DNA from: Candidatus Poribacteria bacterium
GTDB taxonomy: Bacteria > Poribacteria > WGA-4E > WGA-3G
Assembly (NCBI GenBank): GCA_965205025.1
Contig: CBDBFU010000009.1
Coordinates: forward strand, 96,001-160,000
Length of the DNA: 64,000 nucleotides
Reading direction: 5' to 3'
Part shown: piece by piece, positions 22,379 to 32,893 of the stretch
How the letters are laid out: each line of letters begins with the position of its first letter
Position numbering within the stretch: the first letter of the stretch is position 1
Translations under genes and position numbers: made by a program
Notes under the pieces: generated by a model
The model's input: the letters and a program-made list of their open reading frames with translations, nothing else
The model's database searches: none
What the model was told of the DNA's origin: nothing

Positions 22379-22750
22379 TTACACCCGTCTTCTTTTTGGT
22401 GGACGACATCCATTGTGTGGAATGGGTGTCATGTCCTTCATCAATGTAATTTCGAGTCCAGCAGCAGCAAGAGCGCGAATAGAGGATTCCCGTCCTGATC
22501 CTGGACCTTTGACCCTCACCTCAACTCGCTTCATCCCATGTTCTATAGCTTTTCTTGCGCATGCTTCAGCGGTCTGTTGAGCGGCAAATGGTGTTGACTT
22601 CCGCGAACCTGGGAACGTCATTCCTGCGCTTGCCCATGCAACAGTATTGCCAATGGGATCAGTGATAGTCACAATGGTGTTATTAAATGTAGCTTGGATA
22701 TGTGCAATGCCCTCTGGGACATTTTTTCGTTCCCGTCTTCGTGAACGCAA
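22379..22750 (-). CDS. rpsK: 30S ribosomal protein S11
   Basis: [29 protein letters not shown]. Confidence 0.97.
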   Translation of the reverse strand: MRSRRRERKNVPEGIAHIQATFNNTIVTITDPIGNTVAWASAGMTFPGSRKSTPFAAQQTAEACARKAIEHGMKRVEVRVKGPGSGRESSIRALAAAGLEITLMKDMTPIPHNGCRPPKRRRV

Positions 22751-22978
22751 ACTATATCTCCTTTACGAATTGTAAAAGTATAATAATTGTGCATAGATGG
22801 GTTGCATCTAATATATACGGAGAATCTCCTACTATAATTAAATTATACTTATATGATTAACTATTATGTTGTCTTGACGTATTGACTTTGCAGCAATATC
22901 AGGTGAAATCCAATTTATGCGTAAATTGAATCTTATAGAGTGTATATTCTGCAATGTATCTATGAGACTTTGGTGGAA

Positions 22979-23375
22979 TCAACCACCTTTACGTGCTGCC
23001 TCTTTCAGTTTCCTACCAACAGAGATAGTGCGTGCTTTACCCTTTCGAGTTCGGGCATTCGTATTGGTTCGCTGACCTCTTACAGGCAATTGTCGTCTGT
23101 GTCGAAGTCCACGATAACTGTTGATATCCATGAGTCGTTTTATATTCTGATCAACTTCGCGTCGTAGATCACCTTCAACCTTAAACTCTTCAGTGAATCT
23201 TATCTCGAAGTTTACTTACCTCGTTTTCATCCAATGCATCAACCTTTTTGCTTGGATCAATGTTGAGATCAGTAACGATTTGCGAAGCAGTGAAACGACC
23301 TATGCCGTAGATTGCTGTTAATGCTATATCTATCCTTTTTGTACGAGGTAGATCTACACCTGCGATACGTGCCAT
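22979..23375 (-). CDS. rpsM: 30S ribosomal protein S13 (one +1 frameshift near 23197)
   Basis: [10 protein letters not shown]; continues in a shifted frame [10 protein letters not shown]...[17 protein letters not shown] to TGA at 22979; span 397 nt = 3n+1. Confidence 0.93.
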
Positions 23376-23402
23376 AATATCCTCCTTTAGGATATGACAG
23401 TA

Positions 23403-23519
23403 TTATCCCTGTCGTTGTTTGTGCTTAGGATTTGAAGAACAAATAACGCGAATAATACCCTTTCTCTTGATAATTTTGCAGCGAATACACATTTTCTTAA
23501 CAGATGGTCGGACTTTCAT
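23403..23519 (-). CDS. rpmJ: 50S ribosomal protein L36 (not in ORF track)
   Basis: Manual translation [38 protein letters not shown]. Confidence 0.96.
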   Translation of the reverse strand: MKVRPSVKKMCIRCKIIKRKGIIRVICSSNPKHKQRQG

Positions 23520-23595
23520 AATTTCCTCTAATATTGATGTTAGTCGTGATATACCACAAGGTATTGTGTTGTATCAATCTTACAATTGGTGTTAA

Positions 23596-24939
23596 CTATC
23601 TACCGCGTCGTCCTTTTAGTCGTCTATCTTTCAAGAATCCATCGTAATGACGCATAGTTAAGTAGGACTCAATTTGTGATACAGTATCTAACACAACTCC
23701 GACAACAATCAGAACAGATGCCCCTTCAACCATACCGCCTACTCCAAGTCTGCTTGTAATTATGATAGGAATTACCGCTATCCCTGCAAGAAACAAAGCA
23801 CCGGGAAGTGTGATACGCGTAAGAGTTGTATTAATGTAATCAGCAGTTTGTTTACCCGGACGAAGCCCTGGAATGAAACCGCCATATTTCTGTAAATTCT
23901 CAGCCATGTCTACTGGATTAACTTGAACAGCGGTATAAAAATATGTAAATCCTATAATCAACAGAGCATATACACTAAGATATAATAGGGATGGATCTGA
24001 TGCATCCATTAGAGCTGCTAATCCGGCGACCCACTCCCAATCCTTTGGTAACAAACCTATCAGGACACCGGGGAAAGTCATCAAGGTAACAGCAAAGATA
24101 ATTGGAATCATCCCTGCAGTATTAACTCTTAAAGGTATAGACATAGCTCTTCCGCCGAATACTTTGTTTCCTCTAATTTGTTTTCCATATTGTACTGGAA
24201 TTTTACGAACGGAAAGATGTATAAAGATTGTCCCGCTAACTGCTACAACAATGAGAAGGAATAACATAGCGAGTTGTGCCAGTCCAAAGTTTGTATTACC
24301 TAACAAGTTCGAGTAGACAGTATTAACTCCTGCGGGAAATCCTGCCATAATGCCGACAGTAATGATTATTGATATACCTTGTCCGATTCCTCGCTCAGTA
24401 ATTTGTTCCCCAAGCCACATTACAAAGGCTGTACCCGCTGTTAATGTGAGAACAGCTAAAGCGTGCCACCATATTGTAGGATTATTGACTATAGCACCAG
24501 TTCCAGTCCCGAAAGCTTCACCCGGATTACGTAATAGAATAGTAATGGTAATACCTTGGACGATACTAAGTAATACGGTCCCATAGCGTGTGTATTGTGT
24601 AATCTTCTTTTTCCCATCTGGTTCTTTGGATAATTTCTCTAAGGATGGAACGATAACTGCGAGAAGCTGCATTATAATTGATGCACTAATATATGGCTGT
24701 ATTCCAAGAGCGAATATAGTCATTTGACCAAACGCCCCACCTGAAAATACATCAATCAATGCTAAGACATTCCCCGTTCGCTCTACAAGTTGTTTAAAGA
24801 ACTCTTCAAGTGCTTGGTCATCAATACCTGGTAAAGTGATATGTGCACCGAGTCGGTAAACTATAAGGAGTAGAACAGTAAAAATTATGCGTTTGCGTAA
24901 TTCTGGTATTTTAAAAGCGTTTTGTATTGCCTTAATCAC
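23596..24939 (-). CDS. secY: Preprotein translocase SecY
   Basis: IFALGIQPYISASII, WLGEQITERGIG, IPGLRPG. Confidence 0.98.
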   Translation of the reverse strand: MIKAIQNAFKIPELRKRIIFTVLLLIVYRLGAHITLPGIDDQALEEFFKQLVERTGNVLALIDVFSGGAFGQMTIFALGIQPYISASIIMQLLAVIVPSLEKLSKEPDGKKKITQYTRYGTVLLSIVQGITITILLRNPGEAFGTGTGAIVNNPTIWWHALAVLTLTAGTAFVMWLGEQITERGIGQGISIIITVGIMAGFPAGVNTVYSNLLGNTNFGLAQLAMLFLLIVVAVSGTIFIHLSVRKIPVQYGKQIRGNKVFGGRAMSIPLRVNTAGMIPIIFAVTLMTFPGVLIGLLPKDWEWVAGLAALMDASDPSLLYLSVYALLIIGFTYFYTAVQVNPVDMAENLQKYGGFIPGLRPGKQTADYINTTLTRITLPGALFLAGIAVIPIIITSRLGVGGMVEGASVLIVVGVVLDTVSQIESYLTMRHYDGFLKDRRLKGRRGR

Positions 24940-25386
24940 TTATATCACCTCGGCAGTGCCACCCTTCGCTTGTATTTTTTCAATTGCAGATTTTGAAAAG
25001 CGGTGTGCGCGCACGTTAAGCCGTTTATCAAGTTCACCATCACCAAGTATTTTAATGAGAGCGTTTTTTCGTTTGATGATACCGTATTCTCGTAGAAGTT
25101 CTGGATTAACTTCCATTTCCTCCTCAAATAGGTTGAGAGTCTTAATATTGACGACATCATACTCGATCCGTTTATGTGCAATCCTGCGGGGACCTCTTTT
25201 TGGCACTCGTCTGACCAAAGGCATTTGTCCACCTTCAAACCATGCGGGTATTGTGCCTCCAGATCGAGATTTTTGTCCTTTATGTCCACGTCCGCTTGTT
25301 CCACCGTATCCGGAGCCCCTACCTCTTCCTAAGCGTTTCCGTTTCCGATGTGCCCCTGGGGGAGGTTTGAGTTCGTTGAGTTTCAT
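24940..25386 (-). CDS. rplO: 50S ribosomal protein L15
   Basis: [20 protein letters not shown]. Confidence 0.97.
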   Translation of the reverse strand: MKLNELKPPPGAHRKRKRLGRGRGSGYGGTSGRGHKGQKSRSGGTIPAWFEGGQMPLVRRVPKRGPRRIAHKRIEYDVVNIKTLNLFEEEMEVNPELLREYGIIKRKNALIKILGDGELDKRLNVRAHRFSKSAIEKIQAKGGTAEVI

Positions 25387-25422
25387 TGAATTTTCTGTTC
25401 CTTAGATATAAACTGAGAAAAC

Positions 25423-25953
25423 TCAGTCATTAGAATTGTTAGTGTTTTTATGTAATAGTTCTTCAACCGTTTTGCCTCTAATTCGAGCAACCTCATTGAC
25501 GTCCTTAAGACTTTTTAGTCCAATCATTGTTGCCTCAGCAATATTCTTAACATTTCGTGAAGAAAGGCATTTGGTGAGTGCATCCCGTACACCTGCAAAT
25601 TCCAATATGGCGCGTGTGGCATGACCAGCAATAATTCCTGTGCCAGGTCTCGCTGGTTTTAGCAGCACCTTTGCCGATTTAAATTCACACATTATCTCAT
25701 GGGGGAGTGTACCGCCAGAAAGGGGAACACGGATAAGATTTTTGCGTGCGTCAGCAAAACTCTTACGGAGAGCACCAGCAATTTCACTTGCACTACCAAA
25801 ACCGATACCTACTATACCTTCACGATTTCCGACCACCGAAAGAGTATTGAAACTGGGTGTTCTTCTACCTTTACCTACACGCATGACCCGATTGATAGAA
25901 ATGGGACGTTCTTCAAATTCATAATCTTCAGGATTAATTTTCTCTTTTTGCAA
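25423..25953 (-). CDS. rpsE: 30S ribosomal protein S5
   Basis: INRV...VVGN, KPARPGTGIIAG; operon position. Confidence 0.95.
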   Translation of the reverse strand: MQKEKINPEDYEFEERPISINRVMRVGKGRRTPSFNTLSVVGNREGIVGIGFGSASEIAGALRKSFADARKNLIRVPLSGGTLPHEIMCEFKSAKVLLKPARPGTGIIAGHATRAILEFAGVRDALTKCLSSRNVKNIAEATMIGLKSLKDVNEVARIRGKTVEELLHKNTNNSND

Positions 25954-25985
25954 ATAAGTCTCCTCTCCAGGACCAACCTGGACAT

Positions 25986-26354
25986 TTAGAACTTCAGACC
26001 TTCTTCCCTTGCAGCATCAGCGAGGGCTTTGATCCGACCATGATATAGATAACCACTCCTGTCGAATATGACTCCTTCAATCTGATTTTCCTTTGCCTTC
26101 TGTGCAATAAGCTGACCGACGTTTTGTGCGATCTGTATTTTTCCAGCCTCTGTGGCATCGGCTTTTACTTCTGGAGACAAACTGGATGCATGTGCAAGTG
26201 TATTTCCGGTCTCATCATCAATAATTTGAGCATAAATATGTTTTAAGCTTCTACTAACGGAAAGCCGAGGTCTTTGCAAACTGCCACTGACCTTCTTACG
26301 AACTCTTTTCTTTCGTCGAAAATGACTCAACTGTTTTTTCTTAGTCTTATCCAA
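25986..26354 (-). CDS. rplR: 50S ribosomal protein L18
   Basis: [27 protein letters not shown]; TTG start after GGAGGA. Confidence 0.95.
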   Translation of the reverse strand: MDKTKKKQLSHFRRKKRVRKKVSGSLQRPRLSVSRSLKHIYAQIIDDETGNTLAHASSLSPEVKADATEAGKIQIAQNVGQLIAQKAKENQIEGVIFDRSGYLYHGRIKALADAAREEGLKF

Positions 26355-26418
26355 GGGATCTCCTCCCACATTAAAACACGACCGTTAAGTTTATACGAGA
26401 TAAATTGGGTTATGTTTA

Positions 26419-26985
26419 TTAGCCAGCAACTTTTCCTTCTTTATCGCGTACCCGTTCACCCTCATACCGAATCCCTTTACTCGGTTTATAGGTTTCAGGT
26501 TTTTTGATTTGTCGAATAGAAGCGGCAACTTGTCCTACGACTTGTTTATCAATGCCACCAATGATAATAGGTGTATGTGCTTGACCATCAATATTCTCTG
26601 ATGGTTCAACCGTTATGGTAACCCCTTCAGGTGGAGTGAATGTCACGGTATGTGAATATCCTACATCAAGTGTCAAGACATTCTGACGACTCACTTCTGC
26701 GCGGTATCCTGTTCCTACAACGCGTAACCGTTTCTCAAAACCTTCAGTTACACCGGTAATCATATTTGCAATTAGGCTTCGAGTTAATCCGTGAAGAGCT
26801 TTCTGTTGTTTTTCATCAGTTTTCCGTTCTATGTTAATAACATCTTCTTCAACATTTGCACCAATCCCATTAGGTATAACCCAATTCAATTTACCCTTTG
26901 GACCTTCAACTTGTATTTCATTGTCGTTGAATTCAACTTTTACTGAATTTGGAATAGGAATTGGAATTTGTCCAATACGAGACAT
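26419..26985 (-). CDS. rplF: 50S ribosomal protein L6
   Basis: MSRIG, GPKGKL, GIDKQVVGQVAA. Confidence 0.96.
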   Translation of the reverse strand: MSRIGQIPIPIPNSVKVEFNDNEIQVEGPKGKLNWVIPNGIGANVEEDVINIERKTDEKQQKALHGLTRSLIANMITGVTEGFEKRLRVVGTGYRAEVSRQNVLTLDVGYSHTVTFTPPEGVTITVEPSENIDGQAHTPIIIGGIDKQVVGQVAASIRQIKKPETYKPSKGIRYEGERVRDKEGKVAG

Positions 26986-27043
26986 TCTATTTCTCCAATA
27001 ATTTAGAACTTGCAGGAATTCTACCGTAGCAGTGAGTGGAGTA

Positions 27044-27445
27044 TTACCAGATATAGCAGAGCACCTCGCCACCAATTTTGGCGCGCCTACACTCTATTGA
27101 TGTTCTTACTCCCTGCGATGTTGACAATATTGCGATACCCAGGTCTCCATATACCCTTGGTAACTTATCAGATTTTGCATAAACTCGTCTACCGGGTTTG
27201 CTAATTCTTTTTAGGTTAGTAATAGCTTTTTCCTTACTATTGTCTCCATATTTTAGGTAAATTCGTATAATACCTTGTTTCCCATCCTCAATTAGACGAT
27301 AGTTACGGACGAATCCTTCTTCAGAGAGGATTCGTGCAATCTCTGCTTTTAGATTTGATGCTGATATCTCAACGCGCTCATGCCCAGCCATATTTGCATT
27401 TCGTATCCGCGTTAACATATCTGCGATTGGATCAGTCATTGACAT
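27044..27445 (-). CDS. rpsH: 30S ribosomal protein S8
   Basis: [24 protein letters not shown]. Confidence 0.97.
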   Translation of the reverse strand: MSMTDPIADMLTRIRNANMAGHERVEISASNLKAEIARILSEEGFVRNYRLIEDGKQGIIRIYLKYGDNSKEKAITNLKRISKPGRRVYAKSDKLPRVYGDLGIAILSTSQGVRTSIECRRAKIGGEVLCYIW

Positions 27446-27459
27446 GAATATTCTCCTTC

Positions 27460-27645
27460 TTACCAACTCGCCTTTCTAACACCAGGTATTTTCCCTGCTC
27501 GTGCTAAGAGGCGAAAGCAGATACGACATAATTCAAACTTACGCAGATACCCCCGTGCGCGACCACAAGTCTTACATCGGCTATACTTTCGTGAACTGAA
27601 CCGAGGGGTTTTCTTATTTCTGGCAATCCATGATTTACTTGCCAA
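27460..27645 (-). CDS. rpsN: 30S ribosomal protein S14, zinc-binding type
   Basis: RCKTCGR...LCRICFR...IPGVRKASW, 61 aa. Confidence 0.96.
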   Translation of the reverse strand: MASKSWIARNKKTPRFSSRKYSRCKTCGRARGYLRKFELCRICFRLLARAGKIPGVRKASW

Positions 27646-27691
27646 CTTAATACTCCTTTGAACGTATACTTAGTATGTTAACTCTCAAACA

Positions 27692-28263
27692 TTACGTATT
27701 ATTGCGAAACGGCATTCCAAATTCCCTTAGTAATGCCCGTGCTTCTTCATCGGAAGGAGCAGACGTTACAATAGAAACATTCATGCCTCTAACATCGCTA
27801 ACATCGTCATAGTCAATCTCTGGAAAGAATCAGTTGTTCCGTTAGACCTAACGAATAGTTCCCTCGTCCATCAAAAGCATCCGGTGAGACACCTCGAAAA
27901 TCTCTGATTTGAGGTAGAACAACATTAATTAATCGATTAAAGAATTCATACATCCGTATCTGTCGTAGGGTGACTTTACACCCTATTGCCATACCGGGTG
28001 TACGATTCATTTTCGATGGTCCTCTAATTTTAAATGCCGAAATGGATTTTCTGGCCCCGTGTAATAACAGCACGCTGTCCTGCGATAAGAGTTAACTCTT
28101 CAACAGCATCTTCAAGTGCTTTTGGATTATCAACTGCCTCACCAACACCAATATTTAAGGTTATTTTTTCTAATTTTGGGATCTGCATTACGTTTTTATA
28201 GTTAAATTCCTTTTGTAATGCAGAAGCAACTTCTGTTTGGTAAAATGCTTTAAATTGGCTCAT
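27692..28263 (-). CDS. rplE: 50S ribosomal protein L5 (two +1 frameshifts, near 28056 and 27829)
   Basis: MQIPKLEKI / KSISAFKIR...FDGRGNY / FPEIDYD...FGMPF in three frames; span 572 nt = 3n+2. Confidence 0.93.
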
Positions 28264-28354
28264 TAGCCTTGTACCTACTTACATGACAGTAATTTCTATT
28301 TCTTTCCAAATGTTAATTGATTTGCATTCAACTATTTTCAGTTCAGGTTAGTTC

Positions 28355-28588
28355 CTATCTTTCAACTTTCTTCAAGTTAGAGATATGAATAGTGCCTTCC
28401 CGCTCAACAATACCACCTTGACCAGTTTGATTTGGTCTTAGATGGCGTTTTATGAAATGCACACCTTCAACAATAGCTCTGCTTTTCTTTGGATAGATTT
28501 CCAACACGACGCCTTGTTTGCCTCTGTCTTGACCACTCAAGACAACGACTAAATCATCTTTTTTAATATGCAGCTTTTTCTTAGACAT
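28355..28588 (-). CDS. rplX: 50S ribosomal protein L24 (short, 77 aa)
   Basis: KOW motif IKKDDLVVVLSGQDRGKQG, EGTIHISNL. Confidence 0.93.
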   Translation of the reverse strand: MSKKKLHIKKDDLVVVLSGQDRGKQGVVLEIYPKKSRAIVEGVHFIKRHLRPNQTGQGGIVEREGTIHISNLKKVER

Positions 28589-28597
28589 ATTCGTCTC

Positions 28598-28967
28598 CTA
28601 AATCACCTCTGGTGCCAAAGAAACGATTCTGGTGAACGATTTTTCACGAAGTTCGCGTGCGACCGGTCCAAAAATGCGTGTTCCCCGAGGTTCATTCTCT
28701 GGAGTAAGAAGAACTGCTGCATTCTGATTCAAACTTGATATAAGAACCGTCTGGACGACGAAATTCCTTAGCAGTTCGTACAACAACAGCACGGACAACT
28801 TCACCAGATTTAACCTGTGTGTTTGGTGCTGCTTCTTTTATACTTGCAACAATAACATCGCCAACACGGGCATAACGTCTTCGTGTTCCACCGAGGACAC
28901 TGATACACATTAGATCTCTGGCTCCAGTATTATCAGCGCAGGTTAATCGAGTATAATTCTGAACCAT
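28598..28967 (-). CDS. rplN: 50S ribosomal protein L14 (one +1 frameshift near 28728)
   Basis: ADNTGA...DGSYIKF, then QNAAVLL...[13 protein letters not shown]...LAPEV; span 370 nt = 3n+1. Confidence 0.93.
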
Positions 28968-28987
28968 TGCGGTACCTTCCTTTTGAA

Positions 28988-29257
28988 TTAATCATCTGCA
29001 GTTTGTGCTGCTGATATGATCGATTGGACTCGCCATCGTTTATGTCGACTAATCGGGCGGGTTTCAACGATCTGTACTACATCCCCGACGTTACATGTAT
29101 TTTGTTCGTCATGCGCATGAACCTTTTTTGTCGAACGCACAACCTTTTTGTAAAGTGGATGTTGATAACTCCGTACTATAGCTACTGTCACAGTCTTTGC
29201 CATACGATTACTCATGACAGTACCTGTGCGGATTTTTCTGTGTCTTCTATTTTCCAC
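28988..29257 (-). CDS. rpsQ: 30S ribosomal protein S17
   Basis: HPLYKK...[15 protein letters not shown]; GTG start with RBS. Confidence 0.95.
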   Translation of the reverse strand: MENRRHRKIRTGTVMSNRMAKTVTVAIVRSYQHPLYKKVVRSTKKVHAHDEQNTCNVGDVVQIVETRPISRHKRWRVQSIISAAQTADD

Positions 29258-29381
29258 GTTGTATTTATCCTCTATTAGGAACATTCCTATGAATATTGTG
29301 CATAAGATTCTAAGATCTGTCACAAAACGTCCCAAAGTTGCTGGTAACGTCAAAATGTAGTGAATAGTCCTATTATAATTA

Positions 29382-29582
29382 TTAATCCTGGGATTCCAAT
29401 TCCCGTGCACGTTGAATGGTTTTGACCCGTGCAATATCTTTTCGAATTTTTCCGAGAAGAGTTGTGTCTTCTAACTGTCCCAGAATTCCTCTTGCTTTTT
29501 GGTTAAATAGATTCTCTTTTAGAGTCTCTAATTCATTCTCCAATTCTTCATTAGACATATTTCGTACCTCATGAGCTTTCAT
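29382..29582 (-). CDS. rpmC: 50S ribosomal protein L29
   Basis: MKAHEVR...IRKDIARVKT; operon position. Confidence 0.93.
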   Translation of the reverse strand: MKAHEVRNMSNEELENELETLKENLFNQKARGILGQLEDTTLLGKIRKDIARVKTIQRARELESQD

Positions 29583-29584
29583 TT

Positions 29585-29998
29585 CTATATCTCACCTCTT
29601 GCAACGAATTTGGTCTTAATTGGGAATTTATGAGCAGCCCGTTCCATAGCATCTTTTGCGATATCTCGTGGAACACCACTTAATTCGTATATAATCCGTC
29701 CAGGTTTAACTACAGCAACCCAGAATTCGGGAGCACCTTTTCCACCCCCCATCCGAGTTTCCGCTGGTTTTTTGCTGATAGGTTTATGTGGAAATATTTT
29801 AATCCACATTTTTCCACCACGACGTACAGCACGAGTGATAGCCACCCTACCAGATTCAATCTGGTTGCTTGTGATCCATCCGGCTTCCATAGCTTGTAAC
29901 CCATATTCGCCAAAGTTTATCTGAGATCCACTTTGGGGTTTACCCCGACGTTTACCACGGTGGACCTTTCGGTGCATCACCCGTTTCGGCATTAACAT
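29585..29998 (-). CDS. rplP: 50S ribosomal protein L16
   Basis: [18 protein letters not shown]. Confidence 0.97.
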   Translation of the reverse strand: MLMPKRVMHRKVHRGKRRGKPQSGSQINFGEYGLQAMEAGWITSNQIESGRVAITRAVRRGGKMWIKIFPHKPISKKPAETRMGGGKGAPEFWVAVVKPGRIIYELSGVPRDIAKDAMERAAHKFPIKTKFVARGEI

Positions 29999-30050
29999 TT
30001 TATAACTCCTTAATCAGTAGCAATCTTGAGAACATAAACTCTAAAATAAG

Positions 30051-30848
30051 TTAATTTTGGGGTTCTCGGTCATTCTGTTCTCGTTGTCTCCGCCGATTTC
30101 CTTGCCTTGGATTGGAAGATCGATTGTCTTGTCGTCGATTCTGATTACGTGTGTTACCAGAAGATCTGCGTCTTCCACTCTGTGGGCGTCGAGGTTCAGG
30201 TTCACCCCCCAAGGCTTCTGGCACACCCAAGATCTCCCCTTTGAAGATCCAAGTTTTCACACCGATGATCCCGTATGTTGTATTTGCTTCTGTAAAACCG
30301 TAGTCGACATTTGCACGAAGTGTATGTAACGGAACTCGTCCTTCAAGGCTGGACTCTGATCTTGCGATTTCTTTTCCATCAAGTCGACCACTGACCATTA
30401 CCTTCACACCTTGTGCGCCTGCTTGCATTGAAACAGCAATATTTCGCCGCATTGCCTGTTTAAAACTGGTACGACGTTCAATTTGCGTTGCCACAGCTTC
30501 AGCGAGAAGTTGTGCATCAAGTTCTGGAACTTTTATTTCTTTAACTTCAATACTAACCGAACGACCAATCAGTTTTTCGATTTCAGCTGTTAGTTTTTCA
30601 GAATCTACACCACGTCGTCCAATTACAATTCCAGGTCTTGCGGTATGTATGTAGATTCTACATTTTTCAGCGACCCGTTCAATTTCAATTCTTGAGATAC
30701 CAGCCCGCATTAATTCCTGTTTAATGTAATTTTGTATCTGAAAATCTTCATGTAGCCATTGGGCATAATCTCGGTCACTATACCATTTTGAATCCCAGGT
30801 TTCAATTATTCCTAATCGCAACCCACGCGGGTGAGTTTTTTGTCCCAC
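30051..30848 (-). CDS. rpsC: 30S ribosomal protein S3 with long basic C-terminal tail
   Basis: GQKTHP.GLRLG, RPGIVIG, GRVPLHTLRA; GTG start. Confidence 0.97.
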   Translation of the reverse strand: MGQKTHPRGLRLGIIETWDSKWYSDRDYAQWLHEDFQIQNYIKQELMRAGISRIEIERVAEKCRIYIHTARPGIVIGRRGVDSEKLTAEIEKLIGRSVSIEVKEIKVPELDAQLLAEAVATQIERRTSFKQAMRRNIAVSMQAGAQGVKVMVSGRLDGKEIARSESSLEGRVPLHTLRANVDYGFTEANTTYGIIGVKTWIFKGEILGVPEALGGEPEPRRPQSGRRRSSGNTRNQNRRQDNRSSNPRQGNRRRQREQNDREPQN

Positions 30849-30907
30849 ACAAACCTCCTGTTGGATTTTACCCTTTTGTGACAATAGAGGAATAGCAGTG
30901 GTATTGT

Positions 30908-31261
30908 TTACTCAACATCATCGTCGGTCTCCTCATCAACAACAACTGTGATATGACTTCGTCGTCTTAGTATGCGATTTGCCATACCTCGTGCACGGGG
31001 TCGAATCCATTTTCGTGTAATTCCTTCATCAACACGAATCTCTTTAACGTATAAATCAGCGACTTCAATACCGGGTTCCTGGTATTGAACATTCGCTACA
31101 GCGGATTGAATCAGCTTATGTATAACTGGTGCTGCCGCTTTATGTGTAAAGAGCAGTTGATTCATCGCATCGTCAACATATTGATTCCTAACTAAGTCGG
31201 CAACAAGACGGGCTTTCCGTGGTGATACCGATACGTTCCGAATCTTTGCTCTTCCTTCCAT
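30908..31261 (-). CDS. rplV: 50S ribosomal protein L22
   Basis: SPRKARLVADL, PRARG, SHITVV. Confidence 0.97.
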   Translation of the reverse strand: MEGRAKIRNVSVSPRKARLVADLVRNQYVDDAMNQLLFTHKAAAPVIHKLIQSAVANVQYQEPGIEVADLYVKEIRVDEGITRKWIRPRARGMANRILRRRSHITVVVDEETDDDVE

Positions 31262-31395
31262 TAGTATCTCCTAACAAGATCTTATACATATCATGTTTAA
31301 TGTCTTGTTTCAAATGACTTTTATCAATTTATCGAAATATACTCAGCATAAAGTAAAATAGAATACCGCATTCCGATATAACTCATGAATACTAT

Positions 31396-31677
31396 CTATC
31401 TGGCTGCAACACCGCCGCCACCACTTGCATGCGAACGGAATGTTCGAGTTGGTGCAAATTCTCCGAGTTTGTGTCCAACCATGTTTTCTGTAATATAGAC
31501 AGGGAAAAATTTCTTACCGTTATGTATAGCAACTGTATGTCCAACAAATTCTGGTGTAATAGTGGAACTTCTTGCCCACGTTCGAATAACCCGTTTGCTA
31601 CCAGATTGTTCCATCTCTGCTATATGTTTGGCAAGTTTTGCGTCTACATAGGGACCTTTTTTAATTGAACGTGGCAT
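31396..31677 (-). CDS. rpsS: 30S ribosomal protein S19
   Basis: [23 protein letters not shown]. Confidence 0.97.
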   Translation of the reverse strand: MPRSIKKGPYVDAKLAKHIAEMEQSGSKRVIRTWARSSTITPEFVGHTVAIHNGKKFFPVYITENMVGHKLGEFAPTRTFRSHASGGGGVAAR

Positions 31678-31697
31678 AAGATGCCTCCTTAATATAA

Positions 31698-32519
31698 CTA
31701 TTTACGTTTTGCCATAATATATCGACCAGATTTCTTTTTAGGATTACGAGTTTTATATCCTTTTGTTGGAACACCCCAAGGTGTAACTGGATGTCTTCCT
31801 CCAGAACTCTTACCTTCACCACCGCCGTGAGGATGATCAACAGGATTCATAGCTACACCTCTAACCTTCGGACGTTTGCCTAACCATCTTGAACGTCCTG
31901 CCTTACCGATTGAGATAGTGGTAGCATTTCCAACTTGTCCAATAGTTGCCATTGCTTTCACTGGAATCAATCGAACTTCCCCAGAGGGTAGTCGTATCCT
32001 TGCATATTTACCTTCACGATCTACTAATTGTGCAGCACCACCAGCACTTCGTACTAACTGCCCCCCTTTACCAGGTTGCATCTCAATATTATGTATAGAC
32101 GACCCTAATGGTATCTGCTCAAGAGGTAATGCATTTCCCACACTAATTTCAGCATCTTCACCTGATGTCACAGTGTCTCCAACTTGTAGACCGACGGGTG
32201 CAATAATATATCGCTTTTCACCATCAGCATAGTGAAGTAAAGCGATATGTGCTGAACGATTGGGATCATATTCGATTGCTGCGACTTTTCCTGGAATACC
32301 AAATTTGTCACGTTTGAAATCGATCACACGATACCGGCGTTTATGTCCACCACCCCGTCTACGAACAGTTATACGTCCATTGCTGTTCCGTCCAGCATTT
32401 TTCTTTGAACCCTTAACAAGAGATTTCTCAGGTTTTTGTCGTGTAATCTCTTCAAAGGTGTATCCCGTCATGAACCGACGACTCGGTGTGACAGGTGAAT
32501 ATGTTTTAGCCACTCTCAA
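31698..32519 (-). CDS. rplB: 50S ribosomal protein L2
   Basis: [32 protein letters not shown]. Confidence 0.98.
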   Translation of the reverse strand: MRVAKTYSPVTPSRRFMTGYTFEEITRQKPEKSLVKGSKKNAGRNSNGRITVRRRGGGHKRRYRVIDFKRDKFGIPGKVAAIEYDPNRSAHIALLHYADGEKRYIIAPVGLQVGDTVTSGEDAEISVGNALPLEQIPLGSSIHNIEMQPGKGGQLVRSAGGAAQLVDREGKYARIRLPSGEVRLIPVKAMATIGQVGNATTISIGKAGRSRWLGKRPKVRGVAMNPVDHPHGGGEGKSSGGRHPVTPWGVPTKGYKTRNPKKKSGRYIMAKRK

Positions 32520-32593
32520 TTCCTCTCATTTATACAATCTTCATGCATCCCAATTATTCACTGGAACGATCATGAATCTACACTGGCATAAGA

Positions 32594-32893
32594 TTAAATA
32601 CTTTCAAAAACTGGAATGCGAGTTCCTTCTTTCACGGTAATAACAGCTTTTTTCCAATGTGGACGTCGTCCACGTTGATAACGATTCATTCTGCCTTTAA
32701 CTTTACCCATAACCTGCATGGTGCGGACGTGGATAATACTCCCCTGAATTTCAAATAATTCCTCAGCAGCACGACGAATATCAGTTTTTGTTGCATCTCT
32801 GCTCACAACAAAGGAATACTTATTATCCTCACGAAGCATTGTGCTCTTTTCTGTAATATGAGGTCTTAAAATAACCTGATATTTATCTTTCAT
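32594..32893 (-). CDS. rplW: 50S ribosomal protein L23
   Basis: PHITEKS, ATKTDIR, WKKAVIT. Confidence 0.95.
   Translation of the reverse strand: MKDKYQVILRPHITEKSTMLREDNKYSFVVSRDATKTDIRRAAEELFEIQGSIIHVRTMQVMGKVKGRMNRYQRGRRPHWKKAVITVKEGTRIPVFESI

Noticed and set aside
19974-28967. rplQ, rpsM, rplE and rplN as true pseudogenes
   Set aside because: Coding sequence is conserved on both sides of single-base insertions in essential genes; sequencing error is far more parsimonious
31900-31940. Apparent 2 aa shortening in L2 ([12 protein letters not shown])
   Set aside because: Small in-frame difference that I cannot evaluate without an alignment
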